A stretch of DNA of 64,000 bases from the NCBI GenBank assembly GCA_964426735.1, contig CAYRRP010000001.1, positions 75,923 through 139,922 on the forward strand, given 5' to 3'. Each line of letters starts with the position of its first letter. Position 1 is the stretch's first letter. The notes under the pieces were generated by a model. It saw only the letters and a list, made by a program, of their open reading frames with translations, had not been told where the DNA came from and ran no database searches. Source of the DNA: an uncultured Candidatus Saccharibacteria bacterium (GTDB lineage: Bacteria; Patescibacteriota; Minisyncoccia; Phycocordibacterales; DATDWN01). Shown piece after piece: positions 27,841 to 36,951 of the stretch. The translations under genes and the position numbers were made by a program.

Positions 27841-29337
27841 ATGTCAAAAGACGAGGTAATACTTCGATTTGAAAAAGTTAGTTTTCAGTACGAGCCAAAT
27901 AAACCTATTTTAGATGAGGTGTCATTTTCTGTACGTAAAAATTCAAAAATTACGATCATGGGTCAAAATGGTGGTGGAAAAAGCACAACCTTTGGAATGA
28001 TTACGGGCACTATCAAACCTGAAGAAGGGCAAATTTTCAAAACAGCAGGACTGACGATTGCACTTTCTCGTCAAGTCATTCCTCGAGACGAACTAGACCT
28101 CACTGTGCGTGCATTTTTTGAAAAAGCATTTGCTGATGCAGCAAAAGCTGGACTTCGCAAAGATGCAGGGAAAATTTATGACATTGATCCTCGTATTGAT
28201 GAGGTGCTTGAAGTAGTAAACCTCAAAGGTCATGAGAAAATGCACGATCGTATTATTCGTACATTTTCTGGTGGTCAGCAGGCACGCCTCCTCCTTGCCT
28301 CAGCACTTATCCAAGATCCAGATCTCCTTCTTTTGGATGAGCCTACAAACAATCTTGATAAAGCGGGAATCGAACATCTCACTTCATTTTTGAAAGCGTA
28401 TAAAAAAACGGTAATAGTCATTTCCCACGAAGCTGATTTTCTCAATGCCTTTACTGACGGGGTGCTCTATCTCGATGTGTTTACAAAAAAAATTGAGCAG
28501 TATGTCGGTAACTATTTTGATGTGGTGCGACAGATTGCGGTACAGGTAGAAAAAGAAAACAGAAAGAACGCTCAACTCGAAAAGGAAATTCAAGCAAACA
28601 AAGACAAAGCAAACTTCTTTGCAAACAAAGGAGGTCAGATGCGCCTCGTAGCTCGTCGGATGCGTGACAAAGCAGAAGAGCTTGAGGAAAGTATTGTTGA
28701 TACTCGAAGAGAGGATAAGACAATTAAACCATTTAAAATTCCTGCACCTGTGCAAAACGGAGATATTCTTACAATTACAGAATTTTCAACAATAAGTCCA
28801 AAAACTCATAAACCGGTCAAGAGAAAAACAGATGTAGTTCTTCGAAAAAATCAACATCTTCTTTTGAAAGGTCCAAACGGTATTGGAAAAAGTACACTTC
28901 TTGAGTCAATTGCTTCAGGTAAAAATCCGGGGGCGATGATAGCACCAGGGGTAACGGTGGGGTATTACAGACAAGATTTTTCAACACTCAACTTTGATGA
29001 TACAGTCAGAGAATCCCTTATGTCTGTAATGAAAGAACATAGAGAAGAAACAATGCGCGCTGTAGCTGCAGGATTTTTGATTACAGGTGATCTGGTGAAT
29101 GCAAAGATTGGCAGTCTTTCTGAAGGACAGAAAGGACTTGTTGCGTTTGCACGACTTGTGCTTCAACAACCAAACCTCCTTATCCTCGATGAGCCGACAA
29201 ATCATATCAACTTCCGCCACATCCCCGTTATTGCAGAAGCGCTCAATACTTATGAGGGAGCAATGGTAGTGGTGAGTCACGTACCAGAATTTGTAGAAAA
29301 GATTCGTATTGATGAAATCCTTGATCTCGAAAAATAA
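27841..29337 (+). CDS. ABC-F family ATPase (two tandem ABC domains, no TMD)
   Basis: Walker A GQNGGGKST and KGPNGIGKST. Signatures LSGGQQARL and LSEGQKGLV. Charged inter-domain linker. Confidence 0.8.
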   Translation: MSKDEVILRFEKVSFQYEPNKPILDEVSFSVRKNSKITIMGQNGGGKSTTFGMITGTIKPEEGQIFKTAGLTIALSRQVIPRDELDLTVRAFFEKAFADAAKAGLRKDAGKIYDIDPRIDEVLEVVNLKGHEKMHDRIIRTFSGGQQARLLLASALIQDPDLLLLDEPTNNLDKAGIEHLTSFLKAYKKTVIVISHEADFLNAFTDGVLYLDVFTKKIEQYVGNYFDVVRQIAVQVEKENRKNAQLEKEIQANKDKANFFANKGGQMRLVARRMRDKAEELEESIVDTRREDKTIKPFKIPAPVQNGDILTITEFSTISPKTHKPVKRKTDVVLRKNQHLLLKGPNGIGKSTLLESIASGKNPGAMIAPGVTVGYYRQDFSTLNFDDTVRESLMSVMKEHREETMRAVAAGFLITGDLVNAKIGSLSEGQKGLVAFARLVLQQPNLLILDEPTNHINFRHIPVIAEALNTYEGAMVVVSHVPEFVEKIRIDEILDLEK

Positions 29338-29383
29338 TTAGTGTAACCCTCTATATTGGCAAATTTAGTTGTTGAACTATAGA

Positions 29384-29416
29384 AAACAAACTCTCGGAAA
29401 TGAGAGTTTGTTTTCT
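29384..29416. terminator. bidirectional rho-independent terminator
   Basis: AAACAAACTCTCGGAAATGAGAGTTTGTTT, flanked by an A-run upstream and a T-run downstream. Confidence 0.7.
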
Positions 29417-29421
29417 ACCTA

Positions 29422-29694
29422 CTATAATCCATGATGCTCCTTTTCTCTGATTTTCTCTATTGCATCAAACGCTTCCTTTTCTTCTTTCACTTTATTTTCT
29501 TCCTCCATTCTTCGATGTTTTCGTTCTTCCTTATGAGCAAGAGGCTCATGGCGTTTTTTTATGCGAGTATGACCATGCTTTTCTCCCGAATGTTTGTGGT
29601 GTGTAAAAAAATTATATAGAGTAAATTTTTTTGTAATTGTATCAATTATTTCCATATACCGATATAACTCTAACGCAATAATGTGTGTATACAT
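29422..29694 (-). CDS. His/Lys-rich small hypothetical protein
   Basis: 90-aa ORF, highly charged and His-rich (HHKHSGEKHGH...). Terminator directly downstream. Start uncertain. Confidence 0.35.
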   Translation of the reverse strand: MYTHIIALELYRYMEIIDTITKKFTLYNFFTHHKHSGEKHGHTRIKKRHEPLAHKEERKHRRMEEENKVKEEKEAFDAIEKIREKEHHGL

Positions 29695-29777
29695 ATATTT
29701 GTTAATTAATTGGTAAAGGACTAAACAAACTCACTTTAAGTATATCACTTTGATATTTTCTGGTACTATATGCATAT

Positions 29778-30284
29778 ATGAAAAAACAGGTTGTAGTGAA
29801 CGATAAGATTCAAAAAGGCTATACATATACACTTTCTGAGCCAATTGGTAAAAATTTTGATCCAGTGTTCAAGCCAGATTTGACTCCACAAGAGATGCTT
29901 GAGCTCGGAGTATTTGGTGGAAAGTATATGACTGACTGCAGGGATGAATTCCCAAAACAATGGTTTACGCATGCCAAACTTTCTCCAGAAAAAAAAGACC
30001 CTTCACTTAATTTTTTTGGAGTTGATGCGAGTCAGTCGCGCGAAGAGTGGCAGAAAAAAAGGTGGATGCATAAAGATGATCCACGAGGGTGGTTCCAGTG
30101 GTACTGTAGATATTATATGGGTCGTCGAATGCCTGTCGAAGACCAGCGTCAGATCAAGCGATGGAGAGCGATGGTGCGCCATATGTCACAAATACAAAAC
30201 AATTGCCGTGCTGGAGATTTCTCGTGTCATACCAAACAGCGACAAGCACTTCTCCATTGGGCATATGACAGTCGAAAAATGTAG
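29778..30284 (+). CDS. hypothetical protein (168 aa)
   Basis: Leaderless-type -10 box upstream. Trp/Arg-rich core GWFQWYCRYYMGRR and an RQALLH (Rx4H) segment. No family assigned. Confidence 0.5.
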   Translation: MKKQVVVNDKIQKGYTYTLSEPIGKNFDPVFKPDLTPQEMLELGVFGGKYMTDCRDEFPKQWFTHAKLSPEKKDPSLNFFGVDASQSREEWQKKRWMHKDDPRGWFQWYCRYYMGRRMPVEDQRQIKRWRAMVRHMSQIQNNCRAGDFSCHTKQRQALLHWAYDSRKM

Positions 30285-30296
30285 TATAATTTATAT

Positions 30297-30734
30297 ATGA
30301 AAAAAATTTTAATTATAGGTGTCTTAATAGTATGTATTGGAGGTGGAATAGTTGTATTATTCAAACAAAAAAATACACCACCGCAAGCAGTTATAAATCC
30401 TGGTCCAATGCAGTATAAAGATTTGGTATATATAGAAGCACCTTTTTCTGGTACAAAAGTGACGAGTCCATTGGTGGTTTCCGGGCGTGCACGAGGGAAC
30501 TGGTATTTTGAAGCGTCATTTCCAGTAAAACTTTTAGATGGTAATGGAAATCAAATTGTAATTGCTCCTGCACAAGCCCAAGGGGATTGGATGACTACAG
30601 ACTATGTGCCTTTTTCTGTGACGCTGACCTTCCCAACACCAGCAACTGCCACAGGTACCCTTATTTTGCAAAAAGACAATCCTTCAGGAGAACCTCAGTT
30701 TGATGATTATGTCTCAATCCCAGTAACTTTCTAA
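30297..30734 (+). CDS. Gmad2 immunoglobulin-like domain protein, membrane-anchored
   Basis: N-terminal TM helix. SPLVVSGRARGNWYFEASFPVKLLDGNGN...YVPFSVTLTF matches the Gmad2 (PF10648) pattern. Confidence 0.6.
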   Translation: MKKILIIGVLIVCIGGGIVVLFKQKNTPPQAVINPGPMQYKDLVYIEAPFSGTKVTSPLVVSGRARGNWYFEASFPVKLLDGNGNQIVIAPAQAQGDWMTTDYVPFSVTLTFPTPATATGTLILQKDNPSGEPQFDDYVSIPVTF

Positions 30735-30735
30735 C

Positions 30736-30756
30736 TACATAGGGGTACCCTATGTA
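30736..30756. repeat. 21-nt near-palindrome TACATAGGGGTACCCTATGTA (copy 1)
   Basis: Sits immediately after the Gmad2 stop codon. One of three copies in this window. Confidence 0.8.
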
Positions 30757-30771
30757 CCAATAAAACAATCA

Positions 30772-31368
30772 ATGAATAACAAGAAAGTTTCTTTTACTGT
30801 TTCAGTATTCCTTGTATTATTTCTGTTACTCTCAAAATACATAGGGTACCCCTATGTAAAAGAGATGCGATCTCAAGTGTCAGCTATAGTACAGGCTCAA
30901 GTTGAGGCAGAGAATGTTTCAACAACAACTCCTGTATATCCCATAAAGACTGAAGATTTGTATGTTGTCTCACGTGTAGTGGATGGAGATACGATTGAAG
31001 TGATTCGCGATAACGTGAAGGAAAAAGTACGCTTGATTGGTGTTAATACTCCAGAGACTGTGGATCCACGAAAAAAAGTGGAGTGTTTTGGAAAAGAAGC
31101 CTCTGCTCATGCGAAAGAAATATTACTTGGTCAAAAAGTGAAACTTGTGTCTGATGATACTCAAACAAAATACGATAAGTACGGTAGACTTTTGGCGTAT
31201 GTATACACAGACGATGGGCTATTTATAAACAAACACATGATCAGTGAGGGGTATGCGTATGAGTATACCTACAGAGTGCCGTATCTTTTTCAAAATGAAT
31301 TTAAAGAAGCTCAAGTAAAAGCTCAAACTCAAGGGAAGGGTTTGTGGAGAGCGGGAATGTGTGAGTAA
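30772..31368 (+). CDS. secreted/membrane-anchored thermonuclease (SNase-like)
   Basis: N-terminal signal/TM segment. VVDGDTIEV ... RLIGVNTPET ... matches the staphylococcal nuclease catalytic core. Palindrome copy 2 lies inside its N-terminal coding region (YIGYPYV). Confidence 0.8.
   Translation: MNNKKVSFTVSVFLVLFLLLSKYIGYPYVKEMRSQVSAIVQAQVEAENVSTTTPVYPIKTEDLYVVSRVVDGDTIEVIRDNVKEKVRLIGVNTPETVDPRKKVECFGKEASAHAKEILLGQKVKLVSDDTQTKYDKYGRLLAYVYTDDGLFINKHMISEGYAYEYTYRVPYLFQNEFKEAQVKAQTQGKGLWRAGMCE
30838..30858. repeat. 21-nt near-palindrome (copy 2, inverted orientation of copy 1)
   Basis: TACATAGGGTACCCCTATGTA, the reverse complement of copies 1 and 3. Embedded in nuclease codons 23-29. Confidence 0.8.
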
Positions 31369-31394
31369 AACTGAGTGATGCAAGGTGATTGAAC

Positions 31395-31445
31395 TATTAC
31401 GGTACTATTGACAGATAGTAAAATAATAGTACGCTACTATAGTAC
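31395..31445 (+). promoter_or_regulatory. operator-like inverted repeats upstream of the 31482 gene
   Basis: TACTAT-N6-ATAGTA followed by ATAGTA-CGC-TACTAT (GGTACTATTGACAGATAGTAAAATAATAGTACGCTACTATAGTACT). Downstream gene uses a GTG start with a GGAG RBS. Confidence 0.45.
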
Positions 31446-31481
31446 TGATCTTTTTAATTCAAAAAGCCGAGGAGAATGTAA

Positions 31482-32138
31482 GTGCTAAAATTAACCTGGA
31501 AAGATGTTCCGAACTTTGCGTTCAAGATTCATGTTCAATTGTTTGTCCGTAAGGCGACGTATGAACATGGGAGTCTCAAGAAACTGGCGACGGATATTTC
31601 TAATCGCTACTTGAAGGGGAAAGACTTCGAGTTGATGGTGCAAACCTATCTCGATATCTGCTGGACGATTGACGGCATCAAGACAAAAACCATTGGCACG
31701 GCAGCACCAATTACTCGAAGTAATACACTCATGCAAGCAATTGCAATGGTGTATATGAACGAGAACCCTGTTACTATTGAGCAGTGTGATCAGATCAACC
31801 GATTCGCAGAGAAATGTAAAAACAGCTCAGTGAGTATTCATAATTGGTTTTTCCCCAAGGTCTACACTCTCTGGATGTATGCAAGTTATGCGAGTCAGAT
31901 CAATGATTTTGCGCGCAATCTCGTTGTTGATCCTCAAATAGACGAATCAACGCTCGCATTCCTTTACGAATCTATGAAAGGTGTTGGGGCAGAGATCAAC
32001 GAAATAGTTACTGAACTGTCAATGCTTCGGAAATATGGTGTGAAATCTTCATTCTTTCAGGATGGGATGTTGCATGGTCCGGATGAGGCATGGGTCTTTA
32101 CTGATTTTCATGAACTCATTCCTCAAATTTCTGAATGA
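31482..32138 (+). CDS. hypothetical protein (218 aa), GC-elevated cassette gene 1
   Basis: GTG start with a GGAG RBS at -11. About 42-48% GC against about 30-38% for the surrounding genes. No recognisable motifs. Confidence 0.5.
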   Translation: MLKLTWKDVPNFAFKIHVQLFVRKATYEHGSLKKLATDISNRYLKGKDFELMVQTYLDICWTIDGIKTKTIGTAAPITRSNTLMQAIAMVYMNENPVTIEQCDQINRFAEKCKNSSVSIHNWFFPKVYTLWMYASYASQINDFARNLVVDPQIDESTLAFLYESMKGVGAEINEIVTELSMLRKYGVKSSFFQDGMLHGPDEAWVFTDFHELIPQISE

Positions 32139-32147
32139 CGTCAGTTT

Positions 32148-32840
32148 ATGCCCTCAATTCCACTTGCGGTCGTGAGCCTTTCTAACAAGAGCGATCTCAC
32201 TGAGATTGGTTTTACCACCAAGCTTCATGAGAGTGGTATAGGAAAAATGTCCGGCGCCGGTTCACTATTTACAACCCGCGGATTCATGCATATCGATAGT
32301 AAAGGTGAACTTGACACTTCACCCGGTCTCGGCCTTATGCCTGTTCGAGAAATTTTCGAAAGGCATAACAAGGTTGCATTTTATGAGACCTTACGTTTCG
32401 TGCATGCCATTCGTCTTTACGATTTAGTTGTACCTATAACCACGGTCTCACAGATGCCTCAACCCCTCGTTCCTAAAGGTATTCTCGATCGGCTAAAAGG
32501 TGTCTTGAACAAGAAGCATCTTTTGCAGCTTGACCTTATCATTCCGCGTGTGCGCACTCTCGAGAACGTCGATCAGCTCATTCGTGAGTTGGAAGACGAG
32601 ATCGAGAAAGCAGATACGGAAACCATGGTACGCACGAAACGCGAACTACGACGTCACGAAGTGATCTACCATGTTCGTAGACTTCCCAAAGGTAAGCATC
32701 CAACTGCAGAAGCGCGAGCGCGTGCAGCTGAGTACAATATCGTACTTGCAGATGACGAAACCTTTGTGAAGCCTCACGAGCGTGGTGAAGGTAGTCTTGT
32801 AAAAACACTTCATCAGGCAGTGGTACGCCAGGGTAAGTAG
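32148..32840 (+). CDS. hypothetical protein (230 aa), GC-elevated cassette gene 2
   Basis: Starts 9 nt after gene 1, so an operon is likely. About 48% GC. Charged C-terminal half. No recognisable motifs. Confidence 0.5.
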   Translation: MPSIPLAVVSLSNKSDLTEIGFTTKLHESGIGKMSGAGSLFTTRGFMHIDSKGELDTSPGLGLMPVREIFERHNKVAFYETLRFVHAIRLYDLVVPITTVSQMPQPLVPKGILDRLKGVLNKKHLLQLDLIIPRVRTLENVDQLIRELEDEIEKADTETMVRTKRELRRHEVIYHVRRLPKGKHPTAEARARAAEYNIVLADDETFVKPHERGEGSLVKTLHQAVVRQGK

Positions 32841-32856
32841 CTGTATTTTCATAGGT

Positions 32857-32886
32857 AGGCCCCGCAAAACATCGCGGGGCTTTTCT
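32857..32886 (+). terminator. rho-independent terminator
   Basis: GCCCCGCAAAACATCGCGGGGC followed by TTTTCTG. Confidence 0.75.
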
Positions 32887-32892
32887 GTATAC

Positions 32893-32912
32893 TACATAGG
32901 GGTACCCTATGT
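32893..32912. repeat. 21-nt near-palindrome (copy 3, same orientation as copy 1)
   Basis: ACTACATAGGGGTACCCTATGT lying between two convergent terminators. Confidence 0.8.
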
Positions 32913-32915
32913 GTT

Positions 32916-32958
32916 ATTAAAAAGAAAGCCACCCGAGAAGCAGGGCGCTTTCGGGTGG
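32916..32958 (-). terminator. rho-independent terminator (minus strand)
   Basis: CCACCCGAGAAGCAGGGCGCTTTCGGGTGG with a T-run on the minus strand. Confidence 0.65.
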
Positions 32959-32979
32959 TTACAAGTGTCAGCTAGCAAG

Positions 32980-33285
32980 CTAGCCAAATACTTTTTTGTT
33001 GAACACACTCAGTGTCCAAAGTGTCAGGCCGACTGCCCACACCATCATGCCCGCAATTGGGCCGTGATGTTGTGTGATAGGCCACGACAGAACAAAAAGT
33101 CCTGCACCAATTAGACTTGCGCAAAATAGGCTTGTTTCGCGTATGGTGCTCAGGGTCAGAATGAGTGCAACAGTTGCGGTTACGGTTGGGGCTAGTTGTT
33201 CAGCAAGTTTGAGAAAAAGCCCGAATATCACCAGGGCGTAGGTTAGAAACCCAAGTCCTTGGAGCCAGTCAATTAGGTTTTTCAT
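32980..33285 (-). CDS. small membrane protein (GC-elevated)
   Basis: 101 aa with 3 TM helices. Own terminator. Confidence 0.45.
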   Translation of the reverse strand: MKNLIDWLQGLGFLTYALVIFGLFLKLAEQLAPTVTATVALILTLSTIRETSLFCASLIGAGLFVLSWPITQHHGPIAGMMVWAVGLTLWTLSVFNKKVFG

Positions 33286-33542
33286 GGGGGTCTGTGGTTA
33301 CAATACCACCTATTTTTCATATATGTCAATGATTTTTATTGACAAAATATACAAGAGGTGCTATACTTCTTGGGTAACTAAATCTCATTTTTCTCAGGAG
33401 GTTTCTCTCTGCGCAACGCGCTTTATTGAAAAATTCGAGACCATTTCGCGGTTTGTGTTAAATTAAGCGAAAAAGTTATAAGGGCTCGAATCCTTCAGTA
33501 AATATACAATTCAGTATATTTCTATTAAGTAAAAATATATAT

Positions 33543-34817
33543 ATGTATTCAGAAAGACCTCAATCAAGAGGAAGTAATTTTTCACGACCATCTGCAGGTG
33601 GATATCGAGGAGCGCGACCAAGTTTCGGCTCACGTCCATCTTTTGGTTCTCGTGGAGGTTCACGATTTGCACCACGTCGCCAAGCAGGCAGACGAGGACA
33701 GTCAACTTTCAATGATATTTCTCGTTTCGTAAATAAAGCAACAAAAGCTGAAGAAGTGGAGGTATTCGTACCAAAGCATGCTTTTAGTGATTTTGCGATT
33801 CACGAAGCGCTTAAAGCGGTTATTCTCAAAAAAGGATATACGACTCCAACTCCGATCCAGGATACGTCAATTCCTCACATTTTAGCCGGTCTAGATGTGG
33901 TGGGTATTGCAAACACCGGTACCGGAAAGACAGCTTCATTCCTTATCCCTCTCATTCACAAAGTGATGATTGGTATTATGGCAAAGCGCAATGAGCAGGT
34001 GCTTATCGTCGCTCCGACACGTGAACTCGCAATTCAAATTGATGCTGAATTTAAAAAATTCACTGATGGTTTAAATTTGTATTCAGTGTGTGTAGTTGGT
34101 GGTGCTCCAATCAACAAACAGATCCGCGAACTCCGCTCTCATAATGATTTTATCATCGGGACTCCAGGACGTATCAAAGATTTGATGGAGCAGGGATATA
34201 TTAATCTTTCAAAATTTAACACAATCGTACTCGATGAAGCTGACCGAATGCTTGATATGGGATTTGTGGGTGATATGCGCTTTATGATGGCTAAGATGCC
34301 ACAAGTGCGACACACACTTTTCTTCTCAGCGACTCTGTCAAAAGAAATCGAACAGTTGATTGGGGAGTTTCTCAACAATCCAGTGCGAGTATCTGTAAAG
34401 ACACGAGATACGTCAAAAAATATTGACCAAGACGTGGTACGAACAGGTGGAAAGGATAAGCTCGATGTACTTCACGATATTTTGAATCAGCCAGAATGTG
34501 ACAAAGTCATTATTTTCGGACGAACAAAACATGGAGTAGAAAGACTTTCTGAAATGCTCGCAAAACGAGGTTTTAAAGCAGATGCGATCCATGGTGACAA
34601 AAATCACACTGGACGACAGCGAGCGTTGACCAAGTTTAAAGAAAACCAGGTGCAGATTCTTGTGGCAACAGATGTTGCTGCTCGAGGACTCGACATTCCA
34701 AACGTTTCTCATGTGATCAATTACGATCTTCCGTCAACGTACGAAGACTATGTTCACAGAATCGGACGAACCGGCCGCGCAGGGAAACCAGGAAAGGCCC
34801 TTACGTTTATCGACTAG
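33543..34817 (+). CDS. DEAD-box ATP-dependent RNA helicase with N-terminal RG/S-rich tail
   Basis: Q-motif, GTGKTASFLIP (motif I), DEAD, SAT, HRIGRTGRAG (motif VI). The N-terminal 60 aa is Arg/Gly/Ser-rich. Confidence 0.9.
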   Translation: MYSERPQSRGSNFSRPSAGGYRGARPSFGSRPSFGSRGGSRFAPRRQAGRRGQSTFNDISRFVNKATKAEEVEVFVPKHAFSDFAIHEALKAVILKKGYTTPTPIQDTSIPHILAGLDVVGIANTGTGKTASFLIPLIHKVMIGIMAKRNEQVLIVAPTRELAIQIDAEFKKFTDGLNLYSVCVVGGAPINKQIRELRSHNDFIIGTPGRIKDLMEQGYINLSKFNTIVLDEADRMLDMGFVGDMRFMMAKMPQVRHTLFFSATLSKEIEQLIGEFLNNPVRVSVKTRDTSKNIDQDVVRTGGKDKLDVLHDILNQPECDKVIIFGRTKHGVERLSEMLAKRGFKADAIHGDKNHTGRQRALTKFKENQVQILVATDVAARGLDIPNVSHVINYDLPSTYEDYVHRIGRTGRAGKPGKALTFID

Positions 34818-34825
34818 TAAAACTT

Positions 34826-34930
34826 CCACATTTGGCAAATTTCTTTGTCGAGCGTCGGTAAAATAATTCTCAACGTACGTTAGTACGTTTCCAATTATTT
34901 TCCTAGCTCTTCGCGAACTTTGCTCAAATC
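34826..34930 (+). repeat. ~105-nt intergenic repeat, copy A
   Basis: TTGGCAAATTTCTTTGTCGAGCGTCGGTAAAATAATTCTCAACGTACGTTAGTACGTTTCCAATTATTTTCCTAGCTCTTCGCGAACTTTGCTCAA. Internally palindromic (GAAAATAATT...AATTATTTTC). Confidence 0.75.
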
Positions 34931-34952
34931 TGAAAGTTTTAGGGTTACAACA

Positions 34953-34978
34953 AAAAACCGCCAGGGCGGTTTTTTGCT
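34953..34978 (+). terminator. rho-independent terminator
   Basis: AAAAAACCGCCAGGGCGGTTTTTTGC. Confidence 0.8.
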
Positions 34979-35027
34979 TGGTATAGATTTCCCAGACATC
35001 ATTTATAACTTTTGCTATACTTATTTC

Positions 35028-36206
35028 ATGGAAGGAGCACCAACATCACATTCGGAACGAATATCTGATCGATCTGAAAAGTATCGGGAAATTAGAGAAA
35101 GAATGCGAGAAACTGTCCCTGATGGCGCAATGATATTTGGCGAAGAGGCTCTTGCTGATATAGATATAAATCGAAAAATAGTTAAAGATATAGATGATGA
35201 TCTTGCTGAAGAAACGAATGAAGAGAAAAAAGAAAAATTACTTGACCATAAAATCTTTTTTGAAGGCTGCTGTAAAAAGAGACTCTCGGAGCTTAAAACT
35301 GATATAGAAGATCGGGCCGCTATCGATGCACTACCTTTTTTTGAAACGATATCAACCTCTCCGCATATTGAAAAGTTAGTCAAAGATGAATTGCCGTTGA
35401 TTAAAAAATTGAGCAAGTATGATGCAATTACGCTCTTTGTGTGTACAGTGAATAAAGATATTCCAGATCAATTATTTGAAGAGATGGTGCGGACATATGT
35501 AAACTTTTGGGAGAAAAAGCAGGAAGAATTTCATGAAAAGGCACCGTACATGTTAGCTGAATTTAAAGAAAAAACACTGCAGGCTATAAAAGAAAATAAA
35601 CTACCTATTACTCAAGAGTTATTAGAAGAAAGAATGGATGATACCAGAATCTATTTAGCAGATGCAATGTCTATAGGAGATTGTACGAATGGAGATTATA
35701 GTGTTAAAGAAGGTGTGGTGAGAGTTGCTTATAGAGATGATGAAGAAGCCCAGGAGAAAACTGTCTTTCATGAAATGGTGCACGCACTTTCAGGGCGAAC
35801 AGTAAGACTCAGGAGCGGAGACCTAGATCATCAGCGGAATGGTTTAGTTTTTTGGGTTTATAACAGCAAAGGTAATAAAAGCGGTAAACAATTCAGGTGG
35901 CTAAATGAAGCTGTAACTGAAGAAATTACCATTGAACTTTTGGGAATAGAACCTGAAGATGCTGCATATCCTCGAGAACGAAGGTATCTTCAGGAACTCT
36001 ACAATCAAGGTGTCTCTAAAGAATTGGTTTATGGAGCTTATTTTGAAAATTATGATCCTGATTCTCAAGAAAAAGTTCCTAAATGGAAGGAATTAGTTCG
36101 TCTTATTAAGGATACACATCCAGAAATACCTGATGATAGGGGTGGTGTGGAATACATAAAAAAAGTAGAAGAGGAAATTAAACGAAGGAAAGGTGGTTCT
36201 AACTGA
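35028..36206 (+). CDS. HExxH-motif hypothetical protein (putative metallopeptidase-like)
   Basis: TATACT-N6-ATG leaderless arrangement at 35016-35030. Motif VFHEMVHALSGR; acidic N-terminal third. About 393 aa. Confidence 0.5.
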   Translation: MEGAPTSHSERISDRSEKYREIRERMRETVPDGAMIFGEEALADIDINRKIVKDIDDDLAEETNEEKKEKLLDHKIFFEGCCKKRLSELKTDIEDRAAIDALPFFETISTSPHIEKLVKDELPLIKKLSKYDAITLFVCTVNKDIPDQLFEEMVRTYVNFWEKKQEEFHEKAPYMLAEFKEKTLQAIKENKLPITQELLEERMDDTRIYLADAMSIGDCTNGDYSVKEGVVRVAYRDDEEAQEKTVFHEMVHALSGRTVRLRSGDLDHQRNGLVFWVYNSKGNKSGKQFRWLNEAVTEEITIELLGIEPEDAAYPRERRYLQELYNQGVSKELVYGAYFENYDPDSQEKVPKWKELVRLIKDTHPEIPDDRGGVEYIKKVEEEIKRRKGGSN

Positions 36207-36244
36207 TCCTATTTCAAAAGTACGTTTTGTGGGATAATAGATAT

Positions 36245-36937
36245 ATGCAAAAAATATTAATTGGGTTTTGTTTTGGGTTGCTTTTGGTGCTTGGGGGTGT
36301 TTTGTATTTTCGTGCGGACAAGCTTCAGGTAGCAGAACTCACTACAAATACTATTGAGACAGATTTCTATACTATAAAAGTTACCCAACCGAAAAACGCA
36401 GAAAAGGATTTTCCTGAGATTTTTGCTGTAACAAAAAATGCGATTACAACATTTGAAAAACAATATGGAAACTTGAGCCCTGAAGATATCGAAACTCTTG
36501 GTCTCGGAGGAGATCGTATCTATGACTTACAAATAGATACCACAGTTGCTACTTCTTCGAAGACAGTTTCGTATATTTTGACGTTATACGAATTTACTGG
36601 AGGTGCGCACGGTAATACTGCAGTGAAGACATTTACGTATGATAAAGACAATACATTCATCGATGAAAAGAAATTGTTTGGAGAAAATAACTGGCGACCA
36701 GTGGTGTCCGATATTACCTATGCGTATTTGAAAGAAAAATTAAAAGAAAACACAACCGATGAAGCTCTCAGAGAGGGGACAAAACCTGAGGGAGAAAATC
36801 TATCCACCTGGTATCTCAAAGGTGATGATGTGATCTTTATATTCGGGCAATATCAAATCGGCGCGTATGTGCTTGGTATTCAGGAGGTACCAATATCTCG
36901 TGAAAAATTGAGTGAAGTTTTATTAATTAACAACTAA
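36245..36937 (+). CDS. DUF3298/DUF4163 (RsiV-like) domain protein, membrane-anchored
   Basis: N-terminal TM helix and the LYEFTGGAHGNT signature of DUF3298. Confidence 0.55.
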   Translation: MQKILIGFCFGLLLVLGGVLYFRADKLQVAELTTNTIETDFYTIKVTQPKNAEKDFPEIFAVTKNAITTFEKQYGNLSPEDIETLGLGGDRIYDLQIDTTVATSSKTVSYILTLYEFTGGAHGNTAVKTFTYDKDNTFIDEKKLFGENNWRPVVSDITYAYLKEKLKENTTDEALREGTKPEGENLSTWYLKGDDVIFIFGQYQIGAYVLGIQEVPISREKLSEVLLINN

Positions 36938-36951
36938 AATAAAGAAGTTAC

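Noticed and set aside
30736-32912. Considered whether the repeated 21-nt palindrome is a CRISPR array
   Set aside because: Only three copies, at irregular spacing of 100 bp and 2 kb, in mixed orientations, with one inside a coding sequence and no cas genes. Not CRISPR-like.
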